Source: Proteobacteria bacterium UBA4457
GTDB taxonomy: Bacteria > Pseudomonadota > Gammaproteobacteria > Ga0077536
Length of the DNA stretch: 64,000 bases
Direction: 5' to 3'
Assembly (NCBI GenBank): GCA_002390205.1
Contig: DGOV01000083.1
Span: 1,788-65,787, forward strand
Shown here: positions 52,959 through 62,980 of the stretch, one piece after another
Layout of the letters: each line of letters opens with the position of its first letter
Position numbering within the stretch: position 1 is the first letter of the stretch
Notes under the pieces: generated by a model
The model's database searches: none
Told to the model about the DNA's origin: nothing
What the model saw: only the letters and a program-made list of their open reading frames with translations
Position numbers and translations under genes: made by a program

Positions 52959-54815
52959 ATGACGAATGGAAAGAAATACTCGCTACTCGACGAAATAGAT
53001 AGTCCAAAGAGTATGAGAAAGTTATCGGAGGATCAGTTAAGTGATTTGGCCTCCGAAGTTAGAGAGTTCCTTTTGAATAGTGTTAGCCAGGTCGGTGGTC
53101 ATTTTGCTTCAGGTTTAGGAACTGTAGAACTTACCATCGCACTTCATTATTTGTTTAACACGCCAGAAGATCGGATAGTCTGGGATGTAGGGCATCAAGC
53201 TTATCCGCACAAAATTTTGACAGGGCGAAAAGATCGACTGCACACCATCCGGCAGCACGAAGGGCTTGCACCGTTTCCGAAGAGAGATGAGAGCCCATAC
53301 GATACTTTTGGAGTTGGTCACTCTAGCACTTCTATAAGTGCTGCCCTAGGGATGGCTATAGCTGCAGAGCATGACGGCTCCGGTCGGCGTGCGGTAGCTG
53401 TTATCGGGGATGGAGCGATGACGGCCGGAGTAGCTTTTGAGGCAATGAATCATGCCGGAGATCTTGGTACTGATTTACTTGTTGTTTTGAACGACAACAA
53501 CATGTCTATTTCTCCAAATGTGGGAGCACTTTCTAACAGGTTTGCGCAAATACTATCTGGAAAACTTTATACCAGTGTGCGAGAAGGAAGTAAGAAAATG
53601 TTGGCTCAGATGCCGTCCGTCTGGGAATTGGCTAGGCGGGCTGAGGAGCATGTCAAAGGTTTGATTGTCCCTGGAACGCTATTTGAAGAGTTTGGTTTTA
53701 ATTATATCGGCCCTATAGATGGACATGATTTGCCCACTTTACTCTCTACTCTGAAAAATATTAAAAATCTTTCAGGGCCTCAATTGCTGCATGTAATAAC
53801 AAAGAAAGGTAAAGGTTATGCTCCTGCGGAGTCTGATCCGATTAAATATCATGGTGTTTCCCCCTTCGATCCAGAGGTCGGGATAAAGAAATCTACTGTT
53901 AAAAAAGCTCCAAACTATAGCGATGTCTTTGGCGATTGGATCTGTGATATGGCAGATCAGGATAGGAGACTAGTAGCTATTACTCCTGCGATGAGAGAAG
54001 GCTCAGGTCTCGTCCGTTTTGAAAAAGAATTTCCAAAGAGATACTTCGATGTAGCGATAGCAGAACAGCACAGTATAAATGTAGCCGCAGGTATGGCCTG
54101 TGATGGTGTTAAACCCGTAGTGGCCATTTACTCAACCTTTTTGCAGAGAGGTTACGACCAAGTAGTGCATGACGTTTGTAATCAGAACCTTCCTGTTCTT
54201 TTTGCCCTAGACCGTGCCGGATTAGTTGGTGCAGATGGACCAACACATAATGGGTGTTATGACTTATCTATTTTGCGGTGCTTGCCAAATATGACGATTA
54301 TGGCGCCGTCTGATGAGAATGAGTGCAGACAAATGTTGTACACGGGGTTTATGATGGATAGTCCAGTGGCTGTTCGCTATCCCCGAGGAACTGGTCCTGG
54401 CGCAGAAGTAGAGCAACAGATGACAGCAATACCCCTAGGAAAAGCCAGCTTAAAGCGGAAAGGGGCTAAAGTTGCTTTGTTAAGTTTTGGCACGACGTTA
54501 CAGATCGCGTTGAACGTGGGCGAACGTTTAGACGCTACAGTCGTTAACATGCGTTATGTTAAGCCGCTCGATATGGATATGATCATAGAAATGGCTGGTT
54601 CTCATGACATCCTCGTAACAATAGAAGAAAATATGGTTGCTGGTGGCGCCGGTAGTGCCGTTAATGAAGTTTTAGCCTTACATGGTAGGCACTTGAAGAT
54701 TTTAAACTATGGGTTACCAGACAGGCTTATTGAGCATGGATCACGAGATGACATGCTCTTGGATGCGGGCTTGACCGAGGAAGGTTTTGAGGCATTTGTA
54801 AAAGCGAGGTTGTGA
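52959..54815 (+). CDS. dxs: 1-deoxy-D-xylulose-5-phosphate synthase
   Basis: [46 protein letters not shown]. Start moved to the ATG at 52959. Confidence 0.98.
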   Translation: MTNGKKYSLLDEIDSPKSMRKLSEDQLSDLASEVREFLLNSVSQVGGHFASGLGTVELTIALHYLFNTPEDRIVWDVGHQAYPHKILTGRKDRLHTIRQHEGLAPFPKRDESPYDTFGVGHSSTSISAALGMAIAAEHDGSGRRAVAVIGDGAMTAGVAFEAMNHAGDLGTDLLVVLNDNNMSISPNVGALSNRFAQILSGKLYTSVREGSKKMLAQMPSVWELARRAEEHVKGLIVPGTLFEEFGFNYIGPIDGHDLPTLLSTLKNIKNLSGPQLLHVITKKGKGYAPAESDPIKYHGVSPFDPEVGIKKSTVKKAPNYSDVFGDWICDMADQDRRLVAITPAMREGSGLVRFEKEFPKRYFDVAIAEQHSINVAAGMACDGVKPVVAIYSTFLQRGYDQVVHDVCNQNLPVLFALDRAGLVGADGPTHNGCYDLSILRCLPNMTIMAPSDENECRQMLYTGFMMDSPVAVRYPRGTGPGAEVEQQMTAIPLGKASLKRKGAKVALLSFGTTLQIALNVGERLDATVVNMRYVKPLDMDMIIEMAGSHDILVTIEENMVAGGAGSAVNEVLALHGRHLKILNYGLPDRLIEHGSRDDMLLDAGLTEEGFEAFVKARL

Positions 54816-54829
54816 AATTACTGAGGAGA

Positions 54830-55903
54830 CTATCTTAGAGTTTTAGTTAAAGCTTCTAAGAGTCTGCTCATATCGTTTTCAGAGATTGCACCCATCAGAG
54901 ATAATCTGAAAACCTTGGTTGAAAAGTGTCCTTGGCCTGCGTAGATAATGAAGCCAAGCGACTTGAGTTCATCGTGTAAATGTTGATATACCTTGCCTAC
55001 TGGCAGTTGGAACGTGTTGAGAACGCACGAAGATTCAGATAGTTCTATTAACGGTTTTATCCCGAAAGAGAGCAACTTTTTCTGCACCTTTGACATTCGG
55101 TTAGAAAACAACTTATGCCGAGCTTGCCAGCCCCCTTGCTCTAAAAACTCGTTCATCGCCTCATCAAAGGCGTAGAAGCATTGCACCGATTGCGTGAAAG
55201 GCGTTTCACCTAGATCTTGCTTAACAAGGTACTGGGCTAGGTCCAGGTAAACTGATTTTGCAGGGTGGGTTGTTTGAAAAAGTACTCGTCGGGCAACAAC
55301 GAAAGCTGTTCCTGGAACACCATGTAGGCACTTGTTCGCTGTCGCGGCACAGGCATCAAGTTCCCACTTTTCGAAGTCTATACTTTCCCCCCCAAAACTA
55401 CTTACACCATCCATCAATACGCGTACTCCGTGCTTGCGGCACACTTCGGAAATCGCTGAAATATCATTCAGACGTCCAGTGGTAGTTTCGTGATGGACTA
55501 TCGCTACATGTGAGTATCGAGATCCATCAAGCGCTTTATCTAGCTTTTCCAGTGAGATTACTTGATCCCATCCTGTACTTAGCTTTTCATGATCTATGTT
55601 ATGCGCGACTGCAATTTTGGTCATGCGTTCACCATAAACGCCATTTTCTAGGATCAGGATCTTTCCACCCGGAGGAATGCAGCTTACAAGCATGGCTTCT
55701 ACGGCCGCGGTTCCTGACCCAGTCAATAAAACACTTGCCCAAGTTTTATTATCGAGCGCATATGTCGCAAGAATCTTTTGCCTAATGTTTCCCTGCAAGT
55801 TAGAGAATTCGATTTCCCTGTGACAAAGATCTTGGCCTTGCAGAGCGTCTCGCACTCGTTGGCTAAGTGTTACTGGTCCAGGGTTTAAAAGAATCTGTTT
55901 CAC
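54830..55903 (-). CDS. aepZ: 2-aminoethylphosphonate aminotransferase (AepZ/PhnW family, PLP)
   Basis: LLNPGP, GSGTAAVE, NGVYGERM, HHETTTG, DGVSSFGG, ANKCLHGVPG, PFT. Likely GTG start at 55903. Confidence 0.92.
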   Translation of the reverse strand: MKQILLNPGPVTLSQRVRDALQGQDLCHREIEFSNLQGNIRQKILATYALDNKTWASVLLTGSGTAAVEAMLVSCIPPGGKILILENGVYGERMTKIAVAHNIDHEKLSTGWDQVISLEKLDKALDGSRYSHVAIVHHETTTGRLNDISAISEVCRKHGVRVLMDGVSSFGGESIDFEKWELDACAATANKCLHGVPGTAFVVARRVLFQTTHPAKSVYLDLAQYLVKQDLGETPFTQSVQCFYAFDEAMNEFLEQGGWQARHKLFSNRMSKVQKKLLSFGIKPLIELSESSCVLNTFQLPVGKVYQHLHDELKSLGFIIYAGQGHFSTKVFRLSLMGAISENDMSRLLEALTKTLR

Positions 55904-55940
55904 TATGCCTCTTGTCCTTATTAACTGGTGAGTTATTGTT

Positions 55941-57080
55941 CTATCCAATATGGCTTTTGAGACGGACTAAAACATCTGATGGAGCTATTGTAGGCCGAGG
56001 TAGATCTTTTGGCACCCCAGTTTGGATTTTCATATGCATGAACCGAGCGCCGCTATGGCTGGGCTCAGCTAGGAAGTCGTGTAAAACTTCTAATTTATTG
56101 CTGCGCCAGACATTAGAGTAACCACAGGCAACAGCTATTCCATCAAACTGGGTATCTTTAGAAACAGTCGCTTGGCCACCAGTAGAGTCATGCGCTTCGT
56201 TGTCTAGTAACAAATGAGAAAAGTTAGGTGGATTGTATGCCCCTGCGGTTGCAAGATTACCCAGTCGCATTAGGGCGGCCCCATCACCGTCTATGACTAG
56301 TACTTTTAAATCAGGCCGACTAAGCGCTAATCCTAGACCAAGCGAGGAAGCGCACCCCATAGATCCGACCATATAGAAATAATTAGGGAGATCGGCGATA
56401 GAGTAAAGCTCGCGGCCGGTATATCCGGTAGTGGCTATGACGACGGTATTCGTTTGTTGAGTGGTCTTTACTACCGATTGTAAAACTTGGTTTCTCGTTA
56501 GTGCAGTAACGTCAATATTTTCATCACTCTGGTAAAAAGTATTTTGTTTCTTGTTTGGGAGTTGATTTTTTAGATTAAAGTTCGCCACCGATCCTTTTTG
56601 CATAATCAAAGAGTAGGATTCACGTTTTTCTTCTATGCTTTGCGAGATGTTGGCTAGGGTTGAATTAATTTCCTGAGTTGCTCGGGGGAAACTCTCATAG
56701 CCTATGCCAATACAATCGAATAACTCTTTTGTGATATTGCCCATCAGTTCATGTTGTGGTTCGTCCTTTAGGCCAGGTTCACCTCGATGAGTGCAGATTA
56801 CCAAGACGGGGATCTTAAAAGTATGTATGAGAGAAGTGAGCGGGCTAATAGCATTACCGAGCCCTGAGTTTTGCATTAGGGCAACACTTTTTTTTCCACC
56901 TATAGAAGCACCTGCTGCTATAGCTATTGCATCGCCTTCATTCGCGGCTGAAACATAATTGAGCGAACTTGCGCTGATTACATAGTTTATTAGTGGGGTT
57001 AAAAAAGAGCATGGCACTCCTGCGTACCAATCATACCCTTGATTTTTTAGCGGCAATATAAACTCTTCTGCTCGTATCAC
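55941..57080 (-). CDS. aepY: Phosphonopyruvate decarboxylase
   Basis: GVPCSFL, NEGDAIA, MQNSGLGN, RGEPG..DEPQH, VGSMG, DGDGAALMR, HDSTGGQ. Confidence 0.95.
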   Translation of the reverse strand: MIRAEEFILPLKNQGYDWYAGVPCSFLTPLINYVISASSLNYVSAANEGDAIAIAAGASIGGKKSVALMQNSGLGNAISPLTSLIHTFKIPVLVICTHRGEPGLKDEPQHELMGNITKELFDCIGIGYESFPRATQEINSTLANISQSIEEKRESYSLIMQKGSVANFNLKNQLPNKKQNTFYQSDENIDVTALTRNQVLQSVVKTTQQTNTVVIATTGYTGRELYSIADLPNYFYMVGSMGCASSLGLGLALSRPDLKVLVIDGDGAALMRLGNLATAGAYNPPNFSHLLLDNEAHDSTGGQATVSKDTQFDGIAVACGYSNVWRSNKLEVLHDFLAEPSHSGARFMHMKIQTGVPKDLPRPTIAPSDVLVRLKSHIG

Positions 57081-57091
57081 GTATTAGGGCC

Positions 57092-58738
57092 TTATTTTGC
57101 GTGGTTTGCGGCAAATTCGCTAGCACGCTCGAGGTCATGCAAGGAATTCACATTTATCCAGTGACCATGAATGTATATCACACGAATGGGACGACCATTT
57201 AATACAAGCTTGTTTAACAAATCTTTCATATCAAACGAAGGAAATTTATTGTTTTCTGACAGCTGATCTAAAGCTTCTTCTATCCATTTCCTGCCTTCTC
57301 CATGGACTCGCATCATGCCGATCCAGCGTCCATCGGAGCTTGAATTCTCTGTATAAGACTGATCACTGATCTGCTGGAGAAGAATGTCTTGGCCCCATAA
57401 AGACCGGTCATCTGGTCCGCTACAATAGGCATAATCTGGAGTCTCATTTGTAGATGATTCCAGCATTTGGGAGTCTACAATGACAGTTATTTCACGATCA
57501 GACTCTACAAGACTTCTGAGTACATACCCTCGGAACAAGACATCACCATACATAAGCACCATATCATCGGAGAAACTCTTTTTTGCGCATAATAGAGATG
57601 TCAACTCTCCAGTTGTCGCGTGCAAATCATTGACAATCAGTTCTATTTTTTTAGAAGGGATAGTTTCATGTTTGTAGCCACCCACTACAGCAAGATTGTC
57701 TACCCCATGTTTCTTGAATTGATCTATAAGTCTGCCGAGTAAAGGCTTGCCGTTAACGGGTAACATTACTTTTGGTCGGTCTGCAGTCAGATTTTCCAAA
57801 CCAGAACCTTGTGCGGCAGCGAGTAGGATGGCTTTTAAGTCTCTTTTTGTGCCTAAGAAATACTGTTTTTCTGCTGCTTGCAACTCGTCAGCCCCTTGCA
57901 AGCGAAAAATTTCTTTTACAGTCGCGATGTTGTCTTCTACCTCAACTAAATTTTCTTTCAACTGAATTTTTCTTGCAGTATCTTGCATTGCGGTTACTGA
58001 GCTTCTAATTAAATGGTTGGCCCAAATCACAAGATTTATCTTCGCGTCTCGAAAGACTTTCGTGGGGGTGCTGTAGTACTTTGTAGGGACTATTACAAGC
58101 GGAGCTCTGCCGGCCCATTCGTGAGCAAATTCGATGATTTGATCTGCTTCAGAGTGAGCGCTATGAATTAATATTGCATCGGCTCCTGCCTTTCTATAGG
58201 CCTCAGCTCTTCGCAGTGCTTCTGCTGTATTCCAACCTGCAATATATGCCTCGACGCGGGCTACAATACAAAAATCATCGTCTGTTTGCGAATCTTTTCC
58301 TGCGGCAATTTTCCCACAAAATTCATCTATATTTGCTAGCTCTTGTCTCTCTCCTGAAATAAAGCTATTTGTCTTAGGGAATAATTTATCTTCTATGCAT
58401 ACACCAGATACTCCACGTTGTTCCAGCTTTCGAACTAGACGACGCATATTGTTGAAATTTCCATACCCGGTGTCGCCATCCAAAAGAATTGGGATATTGC
58501 AGGCGTCGACCATAAATTCGACCATATCGACCACCTGAGTCCAACTGGCTTCGTTGTTATCTCTAACGCCGTATTGAGCCGATAAGGCAAGGCCACTGGC
58601 CCATATTCCACGAAAGCCTGCTTCTTCTGCGATTCGTGCGCTTATTCCATTGTGTGCTTCTAAAATGAATTCGAGGTTGTCCGAGAGCAGGAGAGCTTTC
58701 AGCTTTGAGGTATTTGTTTTTTGTTGATTAAGTGACAT
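57092..58738 (-). CDS. aepX: Phosphoenolpyruvate mutase fused to a C-terminal nucleotidyltransferase domain
   Basis: PepM-diagnostic EDKX5NS motif ([10 protein letters not shown]), DGDTGYG, EAHNG. C-terminal [10 protein letters not shown] / RPKVML / YGD domain. Confidence 0.96.
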   Translation of the reverse strand: MSLNQQKTNTSKLKALLLSDNLEFILEAHNGISARIAEEAGFRGIWASGLALSAQYGVRDNNEASWTQVVDMVEFMVDACNIPILLDGDTGYGNFNNMRRLVRKLEQRGVSGVCIEDKLFPKTNSFISGERQELANIDEFCGKIAAGKDSQTDDDFCIVARVEAYIAGWNTAEALRRAEAYRKAGADAILIHSAHSEADQIIEFAHEWAGRAPLVIVPTKYYSTPTKVFRDAKINLVIWANHLIRSSVTAMQDTARKIQLKENLVEVEDNIATVKEIFRLQGADELQAAEKQYFLGTKRDLKAILLAAAQGSGLENLTADRPKVMLPVNGKPLLGRLIDQFKKHGVDNLAVVGGYKHETIPSKKIELIVNDLHATTGELTSLLCAKKSFSDDMVLMYGDVLFRGYVLRSLVESDREITVIVDSQMLESSTNETPDYAYCSGPDDRSLWGQDILLQQISDQSYTENSSSDGRWIGMMRVHGEGRKWIEEALDQLSENNKFPSFDMKDLLNKLVLNGRPIRVIYIHGHWINVNSLHDLERASEFAANHAK

Positions 58739-59471
58739 TTATTTTAGGCAATATTTCATGTGAAGCTCGCTCAATATCCTCGGGGTAATCTATTTCTATC
58801 CAAGGGAGTCCGGTTATGTCCTCCACTCCTATATTATAGTCTGTATTTATCGCAAGTTCTCGCAGCGCTTCTTCATGCGGTTGAGATTCCATACCAGCTT
58901 CAATAAATCCAGCGATAATTTCTTTCAGTCTTACCGCAGTACTTGCGCAAAATTTGAAGAAACCGACTGACTCTCCGATTCGGTCATATACCAGGCTAGG
59001 GTCTATTTTTTTTCTGAATTCCACAATTTTCTCATTCTCTATGCATATTTTTACGGGCTCATCTCCGTCTATGTAATGACGGTCAATTAAGAAGCAATCT
59101 TTAGAAGGGCTGTGGATTAGCCGAGATAATATCTCAGGATGATATAAGACATCAGCATCCATAACTAAAACATCACTGGTACTATCGCACAAAACATCTC
59201 GCATACTCCAAAGACTAACAATCGATCCCAAATTGTATAAAGGGTTGTGCTTATGAGATATATCCGTCAACCCTTTTTGCTGAAGCCTTTCGAGTACGGC
59301 GGGTGCCTCGTGTCCAAGGCAGAGATTGATGTCAGTTACTCCTAGTTTCCTAAGTACCCGAATGTGTCTTTCAAGAAGAGACGTACCGTCAAATTCTAGG
59401 AGGCACTTTGCAGTCGCATGCGCAGAGCTAATGCGATTCCCAACTCCTGCGGCCAGTATTATAGCCTTCAC
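58728..59471 (-). CDS. Phosphocholine/phosphonate cytidylyltransferase (LicC/PntC-like)
   Basis: [43 protein letters not shown]; overlaps aepX. Confidence 0.88.
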   Translation of the reverse strand: MKAIILAAGVGNRISSAHATAKCLLEFDGTSLLERHIRVLRKLGVTDINLCLGHEAPAVLERLQQKGLTDISHKHNPLYNLGSIVSLWSMRDVLCDSTSDVLVMDADVLYHPEILSRLIHSPSKDCFLIDRHYIDGDEPVKICIENEKIVEFRKKIDPSLVYDRIGESVGFFKFCASTAVRLKEIIAGFIEAGMESQPHEEALRELAINTDYNIGVEDITGLPWIEIDYPEDIERASHEILPKINVT

Positions 59472-60220
59472 TGTGCCTTCTTAAGTAGGCGCGCCAGAGT
59501 GTTGCCAACGCCAAAATATGCGAATGCGTCTTTCAGCTGTCCGTAGAAATGTCCAAAGTTTGAAATACTCGTATCCGTAAGGTACTCAAGCGTCAATACG
59601 GTACGCTTATCTCGCGGTTTGGCGGGTGTAACTCGATGTCGAATATTATCGCCATTAAAAAAAACGAGAGAACCGGGTGAAATTTTCGTGCTATGCATTA
59701 CAGTTTCCTTACAATCGTCTTTGCTGAACAGCTCGTATTCGAGCGCACAGCAAGATTCGTCTACGATGCCTATCAGACAGGTATATCGAGAACCTCTATA
59801 GTATGATTTGTCGTAATGAAATCCAATGTGGTCCCCTTCTCGGGCGTAGGAATATAGAGCATAGGCATGAGGATCGTTCTCAGGGCAGTATATGAGTGAT
59901 TTGCCGACTACAGAACTTAAGAAGCTCCTGAGCGAAGCTGAAGTGTAGATAGAGCTGAATATTGGGGCATTCAGATCCAGATCAAATCTCGAGATGCTAC
60001 CACCTTTTTTGTGTTTAGGTATAAAACTCCTGTGAATATATGGTTCGAGTTGAGGTAGAATCTTTTGTATGGAGCAAAGAAGAGAGTCAGGTAAAAAATT
60101 GTCTATTTGCATAAACTCGTCGTTTGTTCGAAATTCAGTCTGTGAGCTGTTGGCTTTTATACTACTCAATTGATTTAAAGGGTCGATTTCGGCAGCCGAT
60201 TTGTAATTAGCGATACTCAT
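59468..60220 (-). CDS. 2OG-Fe(II) oxygenase (H-x-D...H facial triad)
   Basis: GDHIGFHYD, G.LVFFNG..IRHRVTP, KRTVL; first gene of the phosphonate operon. Confidence 0.82.
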   Translation of the reverse strand: MSIANYKSAAEIDPLNQLSSIKANSSQTEFRTNDEFMQIDNFLPDSLLCSIQKILPQLEPYIHRSFIPKHKKGGSISRFDLDLNAPIFSSIYTSASLRSFLSSVVGKSLIYCPENDPHAYALYSYAREGDHIGFHYDKSYYRGSRYTCLIGIVDESCCALEYELFSKDDCKETVMHSTKISPGSLVFFNGDNIRHRVTPAKPRDKRTVLTLEYLTDTSISNFGHFYGQLKDAFAYFGVGNTLARLLKKAQ

Positions 60221-60359
60221 GTGACGTTAAACAACCTTTTATCCAGCGGCACTCATCTGTGGAGAGGGCTTCTCCAGACAAAGAGGGCCTGTTTTTCATA
60301 GCGTAATTTGCTGAGCTTTCGCTGATTATGCCATAGTCGGACAATGCGCAACCACAGAA

Positions 60360-61382
60360 TTGGCTAATAAAATGTCAAAAATCATTAAGTTTCTATTTTT
60401 ATTATTAGGTATCGGGTTGCTGGTAACGGTTACTTACCAGACTGACTTGGCCCAATTAGCGCAGCACATTTCCGCTATTGGGTTCTTTGGGGTTGCTTTA
60501 ATTCTTATCGTTTATAGTCTTTACTTCGGGGCCGATGTTCTGAGTTGGCAAATCACTATGCCGAAAATTCCGCTGACAATCCTTTGGTTTGGTCGTCTCT
60601 ATGTAGTCCGGATGATCGGTGAAGCCTATAATAACCTTACGCCAACTGCCTCTTTAGGAGGAGAACCCATTAAGGCGTGGTTGTTGAAATCGAATTGGGC
60701 GATTCCCATTAGAGATTCGGCCTCCTCGTTAGTTATTGCGAAAACAGCAAGTATGTTCTCGTTATCTATTTTTGGTTGCGTGGGTGTCATCTTTCTTTTT
60801 CAAAGTTCTGCATTTGCTGGGGAGGAGAAAAATATTGCGCTAGGCGGATTGATTTTTATAATATTTTCCTCCATTGTTTTTTTTATGATGCAGTATTTTC
60901 GTTTTTCGTCATATGTAGTGGGTAAAATTTCAAGTAATCGATTTGCTGGATTATTACAAAAAGCTTTTAGTACAGTAGAAGATATAGACAAAAAGTTTGA
61001 TGTTTTCTATCGGGAACATGGTTTGCGTTTCGGTGTCGCTTGCTTGGCGGCTATGGCTAATTGGTTGATTGGCATTGTTGAGGTTTTTGTGGTTTTGCAT
61101 CTTATTGGCTATCCATTATCCCTGGCGGAGGTTTTTATTATAGAGAGCCTTGTCCAATTAGTCCGCACGATTACATTTTTCATACCGGCAGGGCTGGGCA
61201 CTCAAGAAGGAACATTTTTTATTGTCGTAGGTGCCCTTACTGGGGTGTCTTCTGCAGGTTTGGCAGTGGCTCTCATCAGACGGTTTAGAGAGTTGATTTG
61301 GTTGGCAGTAAGTTTTTTATTAGCGATATTTTACTCAGTCAGGCCGAGTACAATCTCAAAATTAGATCTTGAAGAGCTATAG
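60360..61382 (+). CDS. HpnL-like / lysylphosphatidylglycerol-synthase-TM flippase-like membrane protein
   Basis: IGEAYNNLTPTASLGGEPIKA, FFIPAGLGTQEG, IRRFRELIW; many TM segments. Confidence 0.8.
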   Translation: MANKMSKIIKFLFLLLGIGLLVTVTYQTDLAQLAQHISAIGFFGVALILIVYSLYFGADVLSWQITMPKIPLTILWFGRLYVVRMIGEAYNNLTPTASLGGEPIKAWLLKSNWAIPIRDSASSLVIAKTASMFSLSIFGCVGVIFLFQSSAFAGEEKNIALGGLIFIIFSSIVFFMMQYFRFSSYVVGKISSNRFAGLLQKAFSTVEDIDKKFDVFYREHGLRFGVACLAAMANWLIGIVEVFVVLHLIGYPLSLAEVFIIESLVQLVRTITFFIPAGLGTQEGTFFIVVGALTGVSSAGLAVALIRRFRELIWLAVSFLLAIFYSVRPSTISKLDLEEL

Positions 61383-61391
61383 TTCTTTCGT

Positions 61392-62384
61392 TCAACCTAT
61401 CATTTTCATTTTTCGGAACCACTCTAATGAGTCATGAATGGCTATTTTTGCAGGGCGCGCACTATAGCCAAGTTCCTTAGAGGCTCGTGCCGATGAAAAG
61501 AACATTTTATGTGCAGCCATCCTTAACCCATCAACTGTGGCTTGCGGTTCCGGACCATTAGTTAGGCCGGCCCAAATCTCGGAGGCAAATGCAATGGGGT
61601 AGACAACCGCTCTAGGGATTCTTAGTCGAGGGGGGGGATGGTTACAGTATGCTGCAACGATATCGAGGATCTCTTTTAGAGTTTGGTTTTCGCCACCAAG
61701 AATATACCTTCGTCCAATTTGGCCTTTATCGTAAGCCAGCAAATGCCCTTTTGCTACATCATCTACATGAGCGACATTAAGTCCCGTATCAATGTATGCA
61801 GGCATATGACGATTAGCGGCATCTCGTATGATTCTTCCTGTAGGAGTCGGTTTAGGATCACGCGGTCCGATCGGTGTAGATGGATTCACAATGACAGCAG
61901 GTAGATTTTCTTCCACTACAAGACGATCGACAACTTTTTCAGCTAAAAATTTTGAACGTTTGTAGTGACCAATCATGTCCTTAAGATTTGAGGGCGTATC
62001 TTCGCAAGATGAATTTTCATCATCCGTTAGGCCAATAGTTGCGACACTGCTGGTATAAATGATTTTACTAACTCCTGCTCGCATTGCGGCACGCATAATG
62101 TTTTCTGTTCCTGCTACGTTATTAGCATACAGTTCATCGTGATTTTTAACCCACAACCTATAGTCGGCTGCGACATGATAGAGAGTATCGCATCCTCGTA
62201 ACGCGCGTTCTAGCGAGCCACTATCTTGGAGATCTCCGTTCACAACTGGAACATCTAGATCAGAGATTGTTCGGGTATCACTCGAGATCCGCTTGAGTAT
62301 CTTTAAAGAGACCCCTTGACTTAAGAGAGCTCTCGCTACTGCATTTCCGAGGAAGCCGGTTGCACCAGTTACAAGAGTCGTCAT
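61392..62384 (-). CDS. hpnA: Hopanoid-associated sugar epimerase/dehydratase HpnA
   Basis: VTGATGFLG, HVAADYRLW, YKRSK, VNPSTPIGPRD.KPTPTG, YILGGEN. Start moved to the ATG at 62384. Confidence 0.92.
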   Translation of the reverse strand: MTTLVTGATGFLGNAVARALLSQGVSLKILKRISSDTRTISDLDVPVVNGDLQDSGSLERALRGCDTLYHVAADYRLWVKNHDELYANNVAGTENIMRAAMRAGVSKIIYTSSVATIGLTDDENSSCEDTPSNLKDMIGHYKRSKFLAEKVVDRLVVEENLPAVIVNPSTPIGPRDPKPTPTGRIIRDAANRHMPAYIDTGLNVAHVDDVAKGHLLAYDKGQIGRRYILGGENQTLKEILDIVAAYCNHPPPRLRIPRAVVYPIAFASEIWAGLTNGPEPQATVDGLRMAAHKMFFSSARASKELGYSARPAKIAIHDSLEWFRKMKMIG

Positions 62385-62980
62385 TTTCCTTCGACCATAA
62401 TTTTTCTGTACTGGAGAATGACAAATAGAGCAGCTATAGGAGCTCCTAGACTGGCTAGATATAAAAAGGAATTTAAGCCCTCTAGCAGGGTCACGATCGG
62501 AATTAAATACAGAATATCTTCTGCTTCGAAGCCACCCCAAAGAGGCTGGTGGATTCTCGACTTTCCATGCTTTTCTTCTATTAAGTAGCGTAGGTGAAAG
62601 ATAAGCGCTACTGACACTCCTGAAATTATGCCGGCTTCCAAGGCATAATTAGCTTCTGAGAAAAGGGCAACACCAACTCCTATTCCTACAAACATTGATA
62701 CGGTGACTAAAGCATCTGATGCTAGATCGAAAATATGTCCAAACCGACTTTGTTTATTTGCAAGTCTAGCTAACTCTCCGTCCATATGGTCAATAAAGTT
62801 AGATGAGATTATCAGTAATGCAGCTATATTAGGATAAGCTCCTTTAGCAAAGAGCCATGCGCCTGCAAGTCCTACAATCAGTCTTAGTAGAGTGAAGTGA
62901 TTAGGGTGGATTGTATTAGAGTCTTTAAAAGGGGTTATCATCCAAGCTGCGGCTTTCGCATCCCAAGGTTTATCTCGCAA
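62381..62980 (-). CDS. CDP-alcohol phosphatidyltransferase family protein
   Basis: HPNHFT and the signature DHMDGELAR-X8-G-X3-D-X3-D. TTG start with an AGGAG RBS; overlaps hpnN and hpnA. Confidence 0.9.
   Translation of the reverse strand: MRDKPWDAKAAAWMITPFKDSNTIHPNHFTLLRLIVGLAGAWLFAKGAYPNIAALLIISSNFIDHMDGELARLANKQSRFGHIFDLASDALVTVSMFVGIGVGVALFSEANYALEAGIISGVSVALIFHLRYLIEEKHGKSRIHQPLWGGFEAEDILYLIPIVTLLEGLNSFLYLASLGAPIAALFVILQYRKIMVEGK

Noticed and set aside
54830-55903. Catabolic phnW for AEP utilisation
   Set aside because: No phnX, phnA/phnY or phosphonate ABC transporter is adjacent; the gene is coupled downstream of PEP mutase and Ppd, so it is biosynthetic.
59468-60220. BesD/HalD-type halogenase or methylphosphonate synthase (marine methane link)
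   Set aside because: The HYD motif keeps the carboxylate ligand, which points to a hydroxylase. There is no HEPD/MpnS-like gene or phosphonoacetaldehyde reductase; the pathway ends in AepZ.
61392-62540. 52-residue N-terminal extension on HpnA, and similar extensions on MutS, Lgt and Dxs in the ORF track
   Set aside because: These are artefacts of taking the longest upstream start. They overlap neighbouring genes or lack an RBS, and canonical N-termini start at downstream codons.
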